In this document: positions 1-10,420 of the stretch, in pieces
Position numbering within the stretch: the stretch's first letter is position 1
Layout of the letters: each line of letters begins with the position of its first letter
Source of the DNA: Candidatus Omnitrophota bacterium
Lineage (GTDB): Bacteria > Omnitrophota > Gorgyraeia > B26-G9
Length of the DNA: 64,000 bases
NCBI GenBank assembly: GCA_043814605.1
Contig: JBDRJV010000047.1
Location: 5,077 to 69,076 of the forward strand
Direction: 5' to 3'
Translations under genes and position numbers: made by a program
Notes under the pieces: model-generated
The model's input: only the letters and a program-made list of their open reading frames with translations
Told to the model about the DNA's origin: nothing
Databases searched by the model: none

Positions 1-350
1 GTGGTGATTCATCAGAAAAAATGATTTCTTTATTAAATAGCAATAAAAATGTGGGGTTATTTCCTGAAGGTGGTTGTAGTTATGATGGAAAACTAAAAGC
101 TTTCAAAAATGGAGCAGCTCTTTTAGCTATGCGGACAGGGAGGCCCATTGTACCCTGCGCAATTGTAGGAACTTATGAATCATTACCCGTAGATGCAAGC
201 TTTCCCAAATTATTCTTACCAATTATAATAAAAATAGGCAAACCAATTTATCTTTTAAAAGAATTTGATGAGATTATTGAAGATATTGATTTACAGGAAG
301 GAATTTTAAAAGTGAGAAATTCAATAAAGGCTATGCTCAATGCAGGATAA
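1..350 (+). CDS. lysophospholipid/1-acyl-glycerol-3-phosphate acyltransferase (PlsC-like), 5'-truncated by window edge
   Basis: Reading frame is open from position 3. The FPEGG (PlsC-type FPEG) acyltransferase motif sits near the N-terminus of the visible part, so the gene starts upstream of the window. Confidence 0.65.
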   Translation, partial: GDSSEKMISLLNSNKNVGLFPEGGCSYDGKLKAFKNGAALLAMRTGRPIVPCAIVGTYESLPVDASFPKLFLPIIIKIGKPIYLLKEFDEIIEDIDLQEGILKVRNSIKAMLNAG

Positions 351-1908
351 AGAGCTGATTCATATAAACATATCTAAAATTATTCACGCCCAAAAATGGA
401 GAGTTATTCGCCTTTTAACTAAAATCCATGAATTCCCCGGTTATATCCCCTGCGTAAAAGAAGCCAGCTTAATTGAAAAATCCCGCCATAAAATGAAAAC
501 TAAATGGCGGATTGAAATAAATAAAATCCCGATTAATTGGATAGAAAACGATAATCTTGATTTAAGAAATAATACAATTGAATTCCAGGCAGAAACAGGA
601 GATTTAGAAGAATTCAGGGGGGAATGGAAATTTCAGGACCATCATCAAGGGACAAAAGTTTCGGTTAATGTTTATGCCAAAGTAGGTATTCCGGCAATAA
701 GAATTAAGGTTGAATCTCACATCGAAAAAATTCTCACGGAAAATTTTACCGCAATATTAAGGGCTATTGATAACCGGCTTGTTTCTACGCGTTATGCACG
801 GTTTAAAAAAGGGGAAACACAGAGTGTTGCCGGCTTTGGTATTGTGGGCCATCTTTATAATTTTTATCATTTGGAACAGTATATTAAAGTGCTTGATCCG
901 GATGTAAAAATGCCTTCTATGGAATTTTTAAGCCGTATTTTCCGGATTACGCCTTCTTTTAAACTTTTTGATATCCCGGAATTTAAATCTGTAACTGGTC
1001 ATATAGTTAACGGTTGTTTTATTATGTCCACATTTATTCCGGAGATGATGGAAAAAGATGTTTGGGGCGTATTTTCTAAGGTGGTTAAATCCTGCCGTAT
1101 TGCAGAAAAGCAGGGTGTGGGGATTGTGAGTTTAGCCGGGTTTTCCTCGATTGTTGAGGAAAAAATCGGTCAGGCAATCAGCACAGAAGTAGATGTGCCG
1201 GTAACTACAGGTAACACTTATACAGTAGCGATGATTAAGGAGAGTATTTTTAAAGCTGTACAATTTTTAGATTTAGATTTAAGTAAAGCTAATTTAACAA
1301 TTATCGGCGCTGCGGGAAATATTGGCAGCGGATGCGCCAGGATCTTTGCGGATAAAGTAAAAGAACTTATTTTGACTGGCAGAGCCAAAGATTCTCTAAA
1401 AGATTTACAGCAGAGAATTTTTAAAAAATATAAAAAAAGTGTTTCCATTTCTCATAATAGTGAATTATCCGTTCGCGATGCGGATATTGTAATTTGTGCG
1501 GCTAATACGATCACTTCGTTTGTAAAAATGGAATGGTTTAAACCCGGCGCTATTGTTTGTGATGTGGGGTATCCGAGGAATGTTGAACCGGCTGAGCAAA
1601 CCCGGGAAGATGTTTTTATTTTTAACGGAGGTCTTGCCAAATCTCCCACACCCGTTACTTTTCCTTTTGATATGGGATTGCCGGCAAAAGAAGTATTGTA
1701 CGGATGTTTTGCCGAGGCAATAATCTTAGCGCTTGAGAAGCGTTATGAAAACTTTAGCACGCGTGCCGGATACATAATCCCAGAAAAAGTTGAGGAGATC
1801 AGGGTTTTAGGCGAAAAACATGGATTTAGCGTAGCTGATTTTTACTGGTGTAATAAAAAAATTGATGATCAGGCGATTTTGAAAGTTAAACACGTAATTA
1901 TTTCTTAA
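340..1908 (+). CDS. SRPBCC (START/polyketide-cyclase-like) domain fused to long-chain acyl-ACP reductase (AAR) homolog
   Basis: C-terminal ~350 aa align block-by-block with cyanobacterial AAR as I recall it: GIVGHL..LEQ, TGHIVNGCFIxSTFIPEM, TTGNTYT, IIGAAGNIGSGCARIF (Rossmann), LILTGR, VCDVGYPRNV, YGCFAEAIILALE. The N-terminal ~150 aa look like an SRPBCC lipid-binding fold. The start overlaps the upstream gene. Confidence 0.7.
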   Translation: MQDKELIHINISKIIHAQKWRVIRLLTKIHEFPGYIPCVKEASLIEKSRHKMKTKWRIEINKIPINWIENDNLDLRNNTIEFQAETGDLEEFRGEWKFQDHHQGTKVSVNVYAKVGIPAIRIKVESHIEKILTENFTAILRAIDNRLVSTRYARFKKGETQSVAGFGIVGHLYNFYHLEQYIKVLDPDVKMPSMEFLSRIFRITPSFKLFDIPEFKSVTGHIVNGCFIMSTFIPEMMEKDVWGVFSKVVKSCRIAEKQGVGIVSLAGFSSIVEEKIGQAISTEVDVPVTTGNTYTVAMIKESIFKAVQFLDLDLSKANLTIIGAAGNIGSGCARIFADKVKELILTGRAKDSLKDLQQRIFKKYKKSVSISHNSELSVRDADIVICAANTITSFVKMEWFKPGAIVCDVGYPRNVEPAEQTREDVFIFNGGLAKSPTPVTFPFDMGLPAKEVLYGCFAEAIILALEKRYENFSTRAGYIIPEKVEEIRVLGEKHGFSVADFYWCNKKIDDQAILKVKHVIIS

Positions 1909-1941
1909 TAATTAATGTTTCTTTACTTTTAAGGATTGTTT

Positions 1942-2802
1942 ATGGCTAAACAAAAAGTAAGAGTAGCATTTATTACTTATCCTTCATTGTATTCTTTAAT
2001 AATGTTAAATTATTGGTTGAGGAAGCCAAAAACATACCCTGTTGTAGCTATTTTGCTTTCTGATTTTGACTTCAAAGTAAAAGGGAAAGAATTGCCATTT
2101 TTAGCTGTAGTGGCTCGTGTTATTAAACAATCAGGATGGCAATACGCTTTATATGAATTTTTTGTCACATATTTATCAGGGATTCTTATTAATTTGTGGA
2201 ATTTTTTTAGAGTAGTTATTGGTAAAGAAAGAAAAATATTTACCTTCGAACAACTTTCTAAAAAACATAGTATCCCTATTTTTAGAAGTAAAGATTTCGG
2301 AGATGAACAGACTCTGAATTTTTTAAAGAATGTGAATGCTACGTTAATTGTTTCTGGATATAACAACCAGATTATTAAGAAAAATTTAATAAAATTTCCT
2401 GAATTTGGATGTGTTGGTATCCATCCAGCTTTTCTACCAGATTTTCGTGGAGCTGACCCTGTTTTTGCCGCGCTCTATTCTAATGTCAAAGAAACAGGTG
2501 TTACGATACATTATATAGATGGTAAAATTGATAGCGGCCCAATTATTGCTCAAGATAAATCACGTATAAGGATGGAAGATTCTTTATTTTCTCTTAATAT
2601 TAGACTTTGGATGCATGGAGCAAAAATATTATCTTATGTAATAAAACAAATCAGCGAAGGCAAAGTAAACGCAAAAAAACAAAATTATCGATTAACTAAA
2701 TATAAATATGAATCATTTCCTGCAAAACAAAAGATCCGGGATTTTTTAAAAAGAAAAAAATCTTTATTTACCTTTAAAGATATACAAAATATATTAAAAT
2801 AA
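1942..2802 (+). CDS. formyltransferase-domain protein (Fmt/ArnA N-terminal-like) with hydrophobic N-terminal region
   Basis: Formyl_trans_N-like motifs (GIHPAFLPDFRGADP, HYIDGKIDSGPII). AAGGA RBS 7 nt before the ATG at 1942. The ORF track uses an upstream TTG at 1936. Confidence 0.6.
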   Translation: MAKQKVRVAFITYPSLYSLIMLNYWLRKPKTYPVVAILLSDFDFKVKGKELPFLAVVARVIKQSGWQYALYEFFVTYLSGILINLWNFFRVVIGKERKIFTFEQLSKKHSIPIFRSKDFGDEQTLNFLKNVNATLIVSGYNNQIIKKNLIKFPEFGCVGIHPAFLPDFRGADPVFAALYSNVKETGVTIHYIDGKIDSGPIIAQDKSRIRMEDSLFSLNIRLWMHGAKILSYVIKQISEGKVNAKKQNYRLTKYKYESFPAKQKIRDFLKRKKSLFTFKDIQNILK

Positions 2803-2813
2803 AAGGGGAGAAT

Positions 2814-4100
2814 ATGCAAAATAATGATTTTGATAAAGAGATAGATATAAACGACTTATCCTTAGCAAATTTTATGGGAATAAAAGATAAAGATCTTTTT
2901 AAAAAAGCTAAGATGTTTTTTCAATTTAGTGAGGGATTCAAGAAAAGAGGCTATTATACCTATAGACGTCCTTTAGCTAGTGCCTCAAGTAATCGTTCTC
3001 TCGTGCGCGATCCGATTACAGGTGAAGAAAAAGAAATGATCATGATGGGTTCAAATAATTATTTAGGCCTTGCCAGTCATCCTAAAGTTATTGAAGCAAC
3101 AGAAAAAGCATTAAGAAAATATGGATTAGGTAGTACTGGTGCTTCACTGCTTAATGGGACATTTGATGTGCATCAGGAACTTGAAGCTCGATTAGCAAAA
3201 CTAAAAGGATGCAAGGATGCGGTTTTATTTGGATCTGGGTATGCAGCAAATTTAGGAACATTGACTGCTATTCTGGGTGATGGAGATATTGTTATTAGTG
3301 ATGAGTTAAATCATGCTAGCATTATTGATGGATGCAGATTGAGTGGTGCAAATATCGAAATTTTTAACCATAACAACATGAAACAGTTAGAATCAATTTT
3401 AAAAAATACAAATGTAGGTAATAAGGGTAAACTTATTGTGGTTGATGGAGTTTTTAGTATGGATGGAGATATGGCAAATCTTCCTAAAATTGTTGAGCTA
3501 GCGCAAAAATATAATGCTTATACTATGGTTGATGAAGCCCATGCAACCGGAGTTGTTGGTTCCCAAGGAAAAGGTTCTTTAGAACATTATAATGTAAGAG
3601 GAAAGATAGATTTAATTGTTATTACACTGAGCAAAGCTTTAGGATGTTTTGGCGGAGCTGTATGTTGTAATGATGAAAAAGTTGCTGAATTTTTAAGATT
3701 TTTTTCAAGAAGTAATTTTTTTTCCACAAGTTTTCCTCCGGCGTTAGCAGCAGGGGCTATAGCGGCTATAGATATTTTAGAAAAAGAACCGGAACGGATA
3801 AAAAAATTATGGAGTAATATTAATTACATGTTAGAAAACTTAAAATCAATGGGATATAATACTGGGAATACTCAATCAGCTATTATTCCGGTAATTATTG
3901 GAGATGATCAAAAATTACGAGATATGAGTGTGGATTTTCAAAAAGCAAATATTTATTTAGGAGCAATCCCTTACCCGGCTGTACCAAAAGGAGAGGCTCG
4001 GTTTAGACTTACAGTGATGGCAATCCATACTCAGGAAGACTTAAATCAAACCTTAGATGTTTTTAAAACAGTAGGGAAAAAGTTTGGAGTTATAAAATAA
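2814..4100 (+). CDS. alpha-oxoamine synthase family PLP enzyme (serine palmitoyltransferase / KBL / BioF-like)
   Basis: GSNNYLGL, SGYAANLG, DEAHATG and the PLP-lysine motif TLSKALG. The ~85-aa stretch before the GSNNYLGL motif is longer than in BioF and more SPT-like. RBS GGGGAG upstream. Confidence 0.8.
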   Translation: MQNNDFDKEIDINDLSLANFMGIKDKDLFKKAKMFFQFSEGFKKRGYYTYRRPLASASSNRSLVRDPITGEEKEMIMMGSNNYLGLASHPKVIEATEKALRKYGLGSTGASLLNGTFDVHQELEARLAKLKGCKDAVLFGSGYAANLGTLTAILGDGDIVISDELNHASIIDGCRLSGANIEIFNHNNMKQLESILKNTNVGNKGKLIVVDGVFSMDGDMANLPKIVELAQKYNAYTMVDEAHATGVVGSQGKGSLEHYNVRGKIDLIVITLSKALGCFGGAVCCNDEKVAEFLRFFSRSNFFSTSFPPALAAGAIAAIDILEKEPERIKKLWSNINYMLENLKSMGYNTGNTQSAIIPVIIGDDQKLRDMSVDFQKANIYLGAIPYPAVPKGEARFRLTVMAIHTQEDLNQTLDVFKTVGKKFGVIK

Positions 4101-4103
4101 AAT

Positions 4104-6233
4104 ATGAGTAATAATTTTTTAAGCATTTATGCGCTTCCTTATTTACTTGTAGCAATTTTATTTTTATTTCTTGGGGTTTTTGTTTTTTTGCATAACAAAA
4201 AATCTCTGACAAATCTTTCTTACCTTTTTGTTTGTATAAGTAGTTTTTTATGGCTTTTAGGTAATTACTTAATTATTTCCAGCACAAATGAGAACAGTGC
4301 ATTTTTTTGGGCTAGATTTGCTTATTTTGGAATAACTTTAATCCCTCCGAGTATGTATTTTTTCTCAACAGCTTGGTTGGATTTATATAAAGAAAAAAAG
4401 AAAATAGTAATTTTAAATTATATTTTGGGGTCATGCTTAATACTACTGTTTTTATTTACAGACTTATTTATAACCGGAGTTTATTATTATTTCTTTGGGT
4501 ATTTTTCTAGATTAAGTAAATTCAGTATAATATATTTAATTTGCTTTTTTTTAATTTCCGGAGCATTTTTCTGGAATTTATTTAAAGGTTATAAGAAAGA
4601 AAAAACTGCAATAAAAAAAATTCAAATCAAAAGCGTTTTAATTGCTTTTGTTATTGCGTTTATTGGTGCTGTAGATTTTTGGGTAACTTTTGGCCTAGAA
4701 ATTTATCCAATTAGTTTTATTACGATGACTTTATTTATTGTCATTGTTGCTCATTCGATTATTTATTACAAATTAATGGATATTGAAACTGTACTGCATA
4801 AAACAGCATTATGGTTATTATCTTTCTCTTTTATTGTGATTCCTGTTTTTCTAATATATCGAGGGATCTATTTTTATTTAGAAAAATCTATCATGCTACA
4901 ATTCATCTTTTGGACTGCTTCTTTCGTAATGTTCTCATTTTACCTAAGAGTTATACAGCCGAAAATTGATCATTTTTTTCAAAGGCGCGAGTATAATTTA
5001 CGAGAAACACTAAATAAATTTGTTGAAGAATTGGTTTATCTAAAAGGACTAGATAACCTTATTTCTCAAATAGAAAATACAATCAGAGATACTTTGTATC
5101 CTCAGACGGTTGATATTTTTATTTATAGCGAATTAGATGAAAGGTATATAGCTTTAAATAACAATACTCAAAAAAATAATAGAGAATTAATAGATGAAGA
5201 TAACAATTTTTTAACTTGGTTAAGAAAGAATAATAAAATTGTGTATAAAGAGTTTATAGATATGGATCCACAATTTGTATGGATTAAAGAAGATGCTAAA
5301 AATTATTTTAATTATAACAGTGCTGTTGTAGTAATCCCCTTGATATTAAATAATAATTTATTAGGAATTATTAATTTAGGGAAAAAACAAAATTTAATGC
5401 GCTATAAATCAGCTGATTTTGATTTCTTGAACGTGTTAAGAAATGAATCAGTTATTGCAATATCTAATTCACTTCTTTATGAATATACGGAAGAGCAGGT
5501 TAAACAGCGTTCTGAAGAATTAATTAAAGTACAAAAGCAATTGGTACAGGCAGAAAAATTGGCAACTGTAGGTACACTAGCTGGAGGAGTAGCACATGAA
5601 ATTAATAATCCTCTTGCAGCAATACTCACTAATGTGCAGCTATTATTGGATTCAGATGATATAAAAAATAAAGATGATAAAGAATCTCTGGAATTAATTG
5701 AAGAAGCAACTAAGCGCTGCCGCGAAATTGTAAAAAAACTTATGGTGTATGCACGTAAGCCATTAGCCCGAGAAGAAATAAGCAAAGTAGATTTAAATGA
5801 AGTTATTGGTAATGTATTATCTTTTATTAAATATCAGCTAGGGCAGGAAGATATTAAAATAGTTACTAATCTCCAAAAAAATAATTATTTTGTTACAGGG
5901 AATAAAAATGAACTTGAACATGTAATTACTAATATTGTTTTAAACGCAAAAGATGCGATTAAAAAAATAAAAAAAAGTGGTATTATAGAAATATCTTTAA
6001 CTAAAAGTGAAGAATTTATAAAAATTCAGATAAAAGACGAAGGTGTGGGAATGTCCAGCGAAGTCAGGCCAAAAATATTTGACCCGTTTTTTACCACTAA
6101 AGATGTAGGTAAGGGCTTAGGGCTTGGCCTTTCTATTTGCCAGGCAATTATCGAAAGACATAATGGCAAAATAGAGGTTGAGTCAGAAATAAACAAAGGG
6201 GCTGTTTTTACGGTTCAACTGCCGATTGCATAA
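4104..6233 (+). CDS. sensor histidine kinase, multi-TM N-terminal sensor + HisKA + HATPase_c
   Basis: About 8 hydrophobic helices at the N-terminus. H-box HEINNPLAAIL. G-boxes DEGVGM and GKGLGLGLSIC. Starts 4 nt after the AOS stop. Confidence 0.85.
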   Translation: MSNNFLSIYALPYLLVAILFLFLGVFVFLHNKKSLTNLSYLFVCISSFLWLLGNYLIISSTNENSAFFWARFAYFGITLIPPSMYFFSTAWLDLYKEKKKIVILNYILGSCLILLFLFTDLFITGVYYYFFGYFSRLSKFSIIYLICFFLISGAFFWNLFKGYKKEKTAIKKIQIKSVLIAFVIAFIGAVDFWVTFGLEIYPISFITMTLFIVIVAHSIIYYKLMDIETVLHKTALWLLSFSFIVIPVFLIYRGIYFYLEKSIMLQFIFWTASFVMFSFYLRVIQPKIDHFFQRREYNLRETLNKFVEELVYLKGLDNLISQIENTIRDTLYPQTVDIFIYSELDERYIALNNNTQKNNRELIDEDNNFLTWLRKNNKIVYKEFIDMDPQFVWIKEDAKNYFNYNSAVVVIPLILNNNLLGIINLGKKQNLMRYKSADFDFLNVLRNESVIAISNSLLYEYTEEQVKQRSEELIKVQKQLVQAEKLATVGTLAGGVAHEINNPLAAILTNVQLLLDSDDIKNKDDKESLELIEEATKRCREIVKKLMVYARKPLAREEISKVDLNEVIGNVLSFIKYQLGQEDIKIVTNLQKNNYFVTGNKNELEHVITNIVLNAKDAIKKIKKSGIIEISLTKSEEFIKIQIKDEGVGMSSEVRPKIFDPFFTTKDVGKGLGLGLSICQAIIERHNGKIEVESEINKGAVFTVQLPIA

Positions 6234-6345
6234 ATAAAAGTTATCAAGTTAGAAGATTAATGGTTTAATCTTCGCAATCTATTGTTAATCGTTGTAATTA
6301 GGTATAATCTGGTTTATAACGCAAGATTATACCAGGAGGTTAGTT

Positions 6346-6726
6346 ATGGCAAAAAATATTTTAATTATTGATGATGAGGCATTAGTAACCAAATCTTTAC
6401 GCAAACTACTTGAGAAAAAGGGTTATAATGTAACTATTGCCCAAAGCGGCAAGGAAGCATTAAAACTTGTGCAGGAGAAAGAATTTAATTTGATAATTTC
6501 TGATGTCCGGATGCCGGAACTTGACGGGGTGGAAACAATAAAAGCAATCCGTGATTATGTTAAAGAACAGGGTAAAAAACCCATAAAGGAAATTCTGATA
6601 ACCGGATATGCAGATGAGCAAAAGTATAAAGACGCCGTTGACTTAAAAGTTGCACATTATATTTACAAACCGTTTGATACAGAGGAGCTGGTTGAGGCAG
6701 TCGAAGACAATATTGGTTCTGCTTAA
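6346..6726 (+). CDS. response regulator, receiver domain only
   Basis: CheY-like fold motifs IIDDE, phospho-Asp context ISDVRMPELDG, and conserved K in YKPF. No output domain. Confidence 0.85.
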   Translation: MAKNILIIDDEALVTKSLRKLLEKKGYNVTIAQSGKEALKLVQEKEFNLIISDVRMPELDGVETIKAIRDYVKEQGKKPIKEILITGYADEQKYKDAVDLKVAHYIYKPFDTEELVEAVEDNIGSA

Positions 6727-6770
6727 GCACAGTAGCTACTCTCTACTTAAAAAAAGAAGGAGCAGAAGAA

Positions 6771-8012
6771 GTGCGCGACAATAGAAACGCCGTAATCACC
6801 GGAGTGGGAGTAATTGCTCCTAATGGGATTGGCAAGGAAAAATATTGGAAAGCGTTGGAAAATGGAGTTAGCGGGATAAGACCAGCTACGCTTTTTGATA
6901 CCACTTATTTTAAAAGTAAACTGGTGGGAGAGTGTACGGATTTTGACCCGGTGGAATTTTTAGGCCCTAAAGGCCACCGTACTCTGGATCGCGCTACCAA
7001 AATGATTGCTTCCGCGGCAAAGCTGGCGCTTGATGACGCCAAGCTTGAAATCACAGAAGAAAATACTGATGATATTGGTGTGGTAACAGCCACAACGTTA
7101 TCGGTTGCTTTTGATATTGCAGAGTTTACCAAAGAAGTTGTACAGGACGGGCCAAATATGGCTAACCCGGCTTTGTTTCCGCCCACAACCATGAATTTCC
7201 CCTCAAGTCACATTGCGATCCGTTATAAGATAAAAGGGTTTAACACAACTATTTCCACAGGATTTTCCGCTGGCCTGGATGCTTTGAAATACGCGATTGA
7301 TTTTATCAAGCTTGGCCGGGCCAAGGTGGTTTTAGTTAGCGGGGTAGAAAGCGCGTCATTTTCTAATTTTGTCGGGTTTTATAAAGCGGGTTTTTTAGCT
7401 GGACGTAAAGGTGAAGAAATATCCTGCCCGTTTGATAAAAGGCATAACGGGATTATTTTAGGTGAAGGCTCAACTGTGATTGTTGTTGAAGATGAAGAGC
7501 ACGCCAAGCAAAGAAAAGCTAATATTTATGCAAAGGTTCTGGCAGTAAAAACATTTTTTGATGCTTTTCGCATTACTGAATACGACCCAAAAGCCCGCGG
7601 CTTAAGGCAAAGCATGCGTAAAGCTTTGGATGAATCCAATACTAGCGAAGCAGAGATTGATTTTATCTGTTCCTGCGCAAATTCCGTTCCCATGCAGGAT
7701 GTTATTGAAACTCAGGCCATAAAAGAAGTGTTTAATATTTACGCTGATAATCTAGCGGTAAGCGGGATAAAATCGATGCTGGGTGAAAGCTGCAGCGCTG
7801 CCGGAGGATTGCAAATAGCCGCGGCAATCGGCGCGATGCAGAACAAATTTATTCCGCCAACTATAAATTATAAAGAGCCGGATCCGGAATGTAATCTTGA
7901 TTATGTAGCCAACAAATCCCGCAAGCAGGATGTGAACAATGTCATGATCAATAATTTCGGGCCGGGAGGAAATAATACAACCGCGATAATCACGAAGTAT
8001 CGTGATTATTAG
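6771..8012 (+). CDS. beta-ketoacyl synthase-like protein lacking the Cys-His-His catalytic triad (chain-length-factor-like)
   Basis: Thiolase/KS fold aligned to the downstream KS. Active-site Cys replaced by Phe (ISTGFSAGL vs NACAAGN), His1 by Cys (CSCANSV vs CAHGTGT), His2 by Glu (SMLGESCS vs SMLGHTMG). GTG start with GAAGGAGC RBS. Confidence 0.8.
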   Translation: MRDNRNAVITGVGVIAPNGIGKEKYWKALENGVSGIRPATLFDTTYFKSKLVGECTDFDPVEFLGPKGHRTLDRATKMIASAAKLALDDAKLEITEENTDDIGVVTATTLSVAFDIAEFTKEVVQDGPNMANPALFPPTTMNFPSSHIAIRYKIKGFNTTISTGFSAGLDALKYAIDFIKLGRAKVVLVSGVESASFSNFVGFYKAGFLAGRKGEEISCPFDKRHNGIILGEGSTVIVVEDEEHAKQRKANIYAKVLAVKTFFDAFRITEYDPKARGLRQSMRKALDESNTSEAEIDFICSCANSVPMQDVIETQAIKEVFNIYADNLAVSGIKSMLGESCSAAGGLQIAAAIGAMQNKFIPPTINYKEPDPECNLDYVANKSRKQDVNNVMINNFGPGGNNTTAIITKYRDY

Positions 8013-8606
8013 CAAATAAAAAAAGCTTTTATAAGGAAACCATGAACTTTAAAATACGTTCATGGTGACAGGAAGGCAAGAAGCCAGATCCGCCAAGCAT
8101 GTTCTTCGAAGTTTACAGTGGCGAGATTTAATCCGCCAAGTGCATTCAAAGAAGAGAACAGTGGCAAGGTTGGAAGTAAATAATAGGACACAGATTTTCG
8201 CAGATTAACAGGATTAATAAAAAAGGATTATGATAATCTAGTTATCTATTTGTAATAGATAACACTAATTCTGAAGAATTGATAAAAAACAAAAAATAAT
8301 TTTTGTTTTGTTAACGATCTCTCAGAATTATATTCCGCAAAATGCGGAACTAGATTAATATTATAGAACTAAGTTAATATCATTAAACCACAATAAACAT
8401 TGTTGTTTGATTGCGTAATAACAGTTTAAATCTGAGTAAAGCAGTGTTTATCTGTGGGCTATGAAGGTGTTGTATTTTTCCTGTGCAACCTGAGTCAGGC
8501 ATAGGAGATTTCCTGGGCTCCTTAGAGGAAAGATAAAATAATCATAATAAATAGTAATGCTTCATATTTAACTTGAAACATTAAATATGCAGGGTATAAT
8601 AAGATC

Positions 8607-9833
8607 ATGATAAAGCCGCGAATATTAGCTAATGTGCTTAAAAGAGCAATCAAAAGTTTCCCGGCGGTTGTTGTTACCGGGCCTCGGCAATCCGGAAAAA
8701 CAACTTTATTGAAAACATTGTATTCAAAAACACATCGTTATGTTTCTTTGGAAGATCCGGATGTGAGAATGCGGGCAAAAGAGGACCCGGTGAGTTTTTT
8801 AGCGCAAAATAATGCGCCGGTAATTATTGATGAAATACAATATATTCCGGAGCTGCTTTCATATATAAAAACAAAAATTGATCAAAAAAGAAAACCCGGA
8901 CAATGGTTGTTTACGGGGTCTCAGAATTTTGTTTTAATGCAGGGAGTGAGCCAGTCTCTGGCGGGAAGAGCTGCGGTTGTTTCTCTTTTACCATTTTCTT
9001 ATGCGGAGCGGATAAACCAGGCGGGCAAAGCGCAGGATATTAATAACTGGGTGAAGATGCTGAATGTTGAGCAAATTTGTTCAAAAAAAGAATCTTTGAG
9101 TGAACTTATTTTAAGGGGGAATTATCCGGAGATTGCCAGTAAAAAAACAGTTGACCGGCAATTGTGGTGCGGTTCGTATATCTCTACTTACTTAGAAAGA
9201 GATGTGAGAAATTTGTCGGCCATTGGGGATTTAAGCCAGTTTGAAAGATTCTTAAAACTATGCGCGACAAGAACCGGACAAATTTTAAATCTTTCCGAAA
9301 TGGCAAAAGAAATCGGGGTGAGTGTTCCTACGGCAAAAAGGTGGATTTCAATCCTCGAAACAGGATATCAAATATATTTGCTGTATCCATATTATAAAAA
9401 CATCGGTAAACGTTTAATAAAAAGCCCAAAGCTGTATTTTTGTGATACCGCTTTGGCAGCATATTTGTTGGGAATCAATGATCGTGAAGTGATCTTAAAT
9501 AGCCCAAATTTTGGAAATATTTTTGAAACTATGATTATAAATGATTTTGTTAAACGTTTTTTGCATTTTGGGCAGATGCCTTCAATGTATTACTTGCGCA
9601 GCCGGGATGGATTAGAAATAGATTTGGTGATAGAGGTTAATCAGCAATTGCATTTATTTGAAATAAAGAGCGCGATGAATATTACTCAAAAACATGCAAG
9701 CGCGTTGATAAGACTAAAAGCAGATAAAAAATTAGCAATTAAAACTGCGGCGATAATTTCCCGGTCCAAAGATAATTATTTGCTCAGTAAAGGAGTGGTA
9801 AATTATAATTGGAAGAATATTCTTTCTTTTTGA
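8607..9833 (+). CDS. AAA+ ATPase with C-terminal DUF4143 / PD-(D/E)xK-like domain (COG1373 family)
   Basis: Walker A GPRQSGKTT and Walker B VIIDEIQ. C-terminal D..EID..EIK motif. Paralog of the ORFs at 12498 and 25186. Confidence 0.8.
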   Translation: MIKPRILANVLKRAIKSFPAVVVTGPRQSGKTTLLKTLYSKTHRYVSLEDPDVRMRAKEDPVSFLAQNNAPVIIDEIQYIPELLSYIKTKIDQKRKPGQWLFTGSQNFVLMQGVSQSLAGRAAVVSLLPFSYAERINQAGKAQDINNWVKMLNVEQICSKKESLSELILRGNYPEIASKKTVDRQLWCGSYISTYLERDVRNLSAIGDLSQFERFLKLCATRTGQILNLSEMAKEIGVSVPTAKRWISILETGYQIYLLYPYYKNIGKRLIKSPKLYFCDTALAAYLLGINDREVILNSPNFGNIFETMIINDFVKRFLHFGQMPSMYYLRSRDGLEIDLVIEVNQQLHLFEIKSAMNITQKHASALIRLKADKKLAIKTAAIISRSKDNYLLSKGVVNYNWKNILSF

Positions 9834-9890
9834 GATCTTTCGCAATAATCACGAAATACCTGGATAAGTAGCGAGTAGCTAGTAGAGAGA

Positions 9891-10256
9891 GTGGAAAAGC
9901 AGAAGATAAAAAATGTAGAAGATTTTCTTGTTTATCAAAAATCAACAAAATTATTTGATGATTTTTTGGAAAAAGATTTACCGGTTTTAAAAGCAGATTT
10001 TGCTGGGAGTACATTAGCCAGAAACCAGTTAAGATGTTTAGATTCTATTTGCGCTAATATGGAAGAAGGCTATGAACGCAAGCATGGGAAAGAGATCAAG
10101 AATTTTTTTAGAATGTCCAAAGGCTCAGCTGGCGAAGCAAGAGGAAGATATAAACGGTTGAAGAGAGTATTACCGGAAAAAGTTATAGAAATTAGAGTAG
10201 CAGCTTTAAATGAGATTAGAGCCATGCTTGAATCTTTGACTAAGAAATGGGAATAG
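9891..10256 (+). CDS. four-helix-bundle protein (23S rRNA intervening-sequence protein family, TIGR02436-like)
   Basis: About 120 aa with the EG..R...G S.GEA.G pattern (NMEEGYERKHG...SKGSAGEARG) typical of this family. GTG start. Confidence 0.55.
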   Translation: MEKQKIKNVEDFLVYQKSTKLFDDFLEKDLPVLKADFAGSTLARNQLRCLDSICANMEEGYERKHGKEIKNFFRMSKGSAGEARGRYKRLKRVLPEKVIEIRVAALNEIRAMLESLTKKWE

Positions 10257-10352
10257 TTTTCTCTATTGCTTTTTAGTTTTAACAAAATATGAATTATGTA
10301 GTTTTGAAATAGATTGTAGAGATAAGTATGTTATAGAGAATTTTTGGTTTTT

Positions 10353-10420
10353 TCTCTCTACTAGTTGAAAACATTAATATATTTTCAGTGAAATCCCGCT
10401 AAGGCGGGGCTACTCGCTAC
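10353..10420 (+). repeat. REP-like dispersed palindromic element, copy 1
   Basis: ctctctact-agttgaaaacattaatatattttcag-tgaaatcccgctaaggcggggctactcgctac. Contains the CCCGC-TAAG-GCGGG hairpin. Confidence 0.8.

Noticed and set aside
5477-5785. 102-aa minus-strand ORF inside the first histidine kinase gene. The similar antisense ORFs at 18465-18779, 18903-19307, 23336-23665, 42124-42522, 46546-46842 and 47082-47564 were rejected on the same grounds.
   Set aside because: All are fully embedded antisense to long ORFs with clear domain homology. They have low-complexity composition and no RBS or recognisable motifs. They are typical shadow ORFs.
8041-8066. Palindrome CCATGAAC...GTTCATGG right after the KS-like gene as an intrinsic terminator
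   Set aside because: The stem is followed by GACAGG rather than a U-tract. It is kept as part of the repeat-rich ATPase-cassette flank only.
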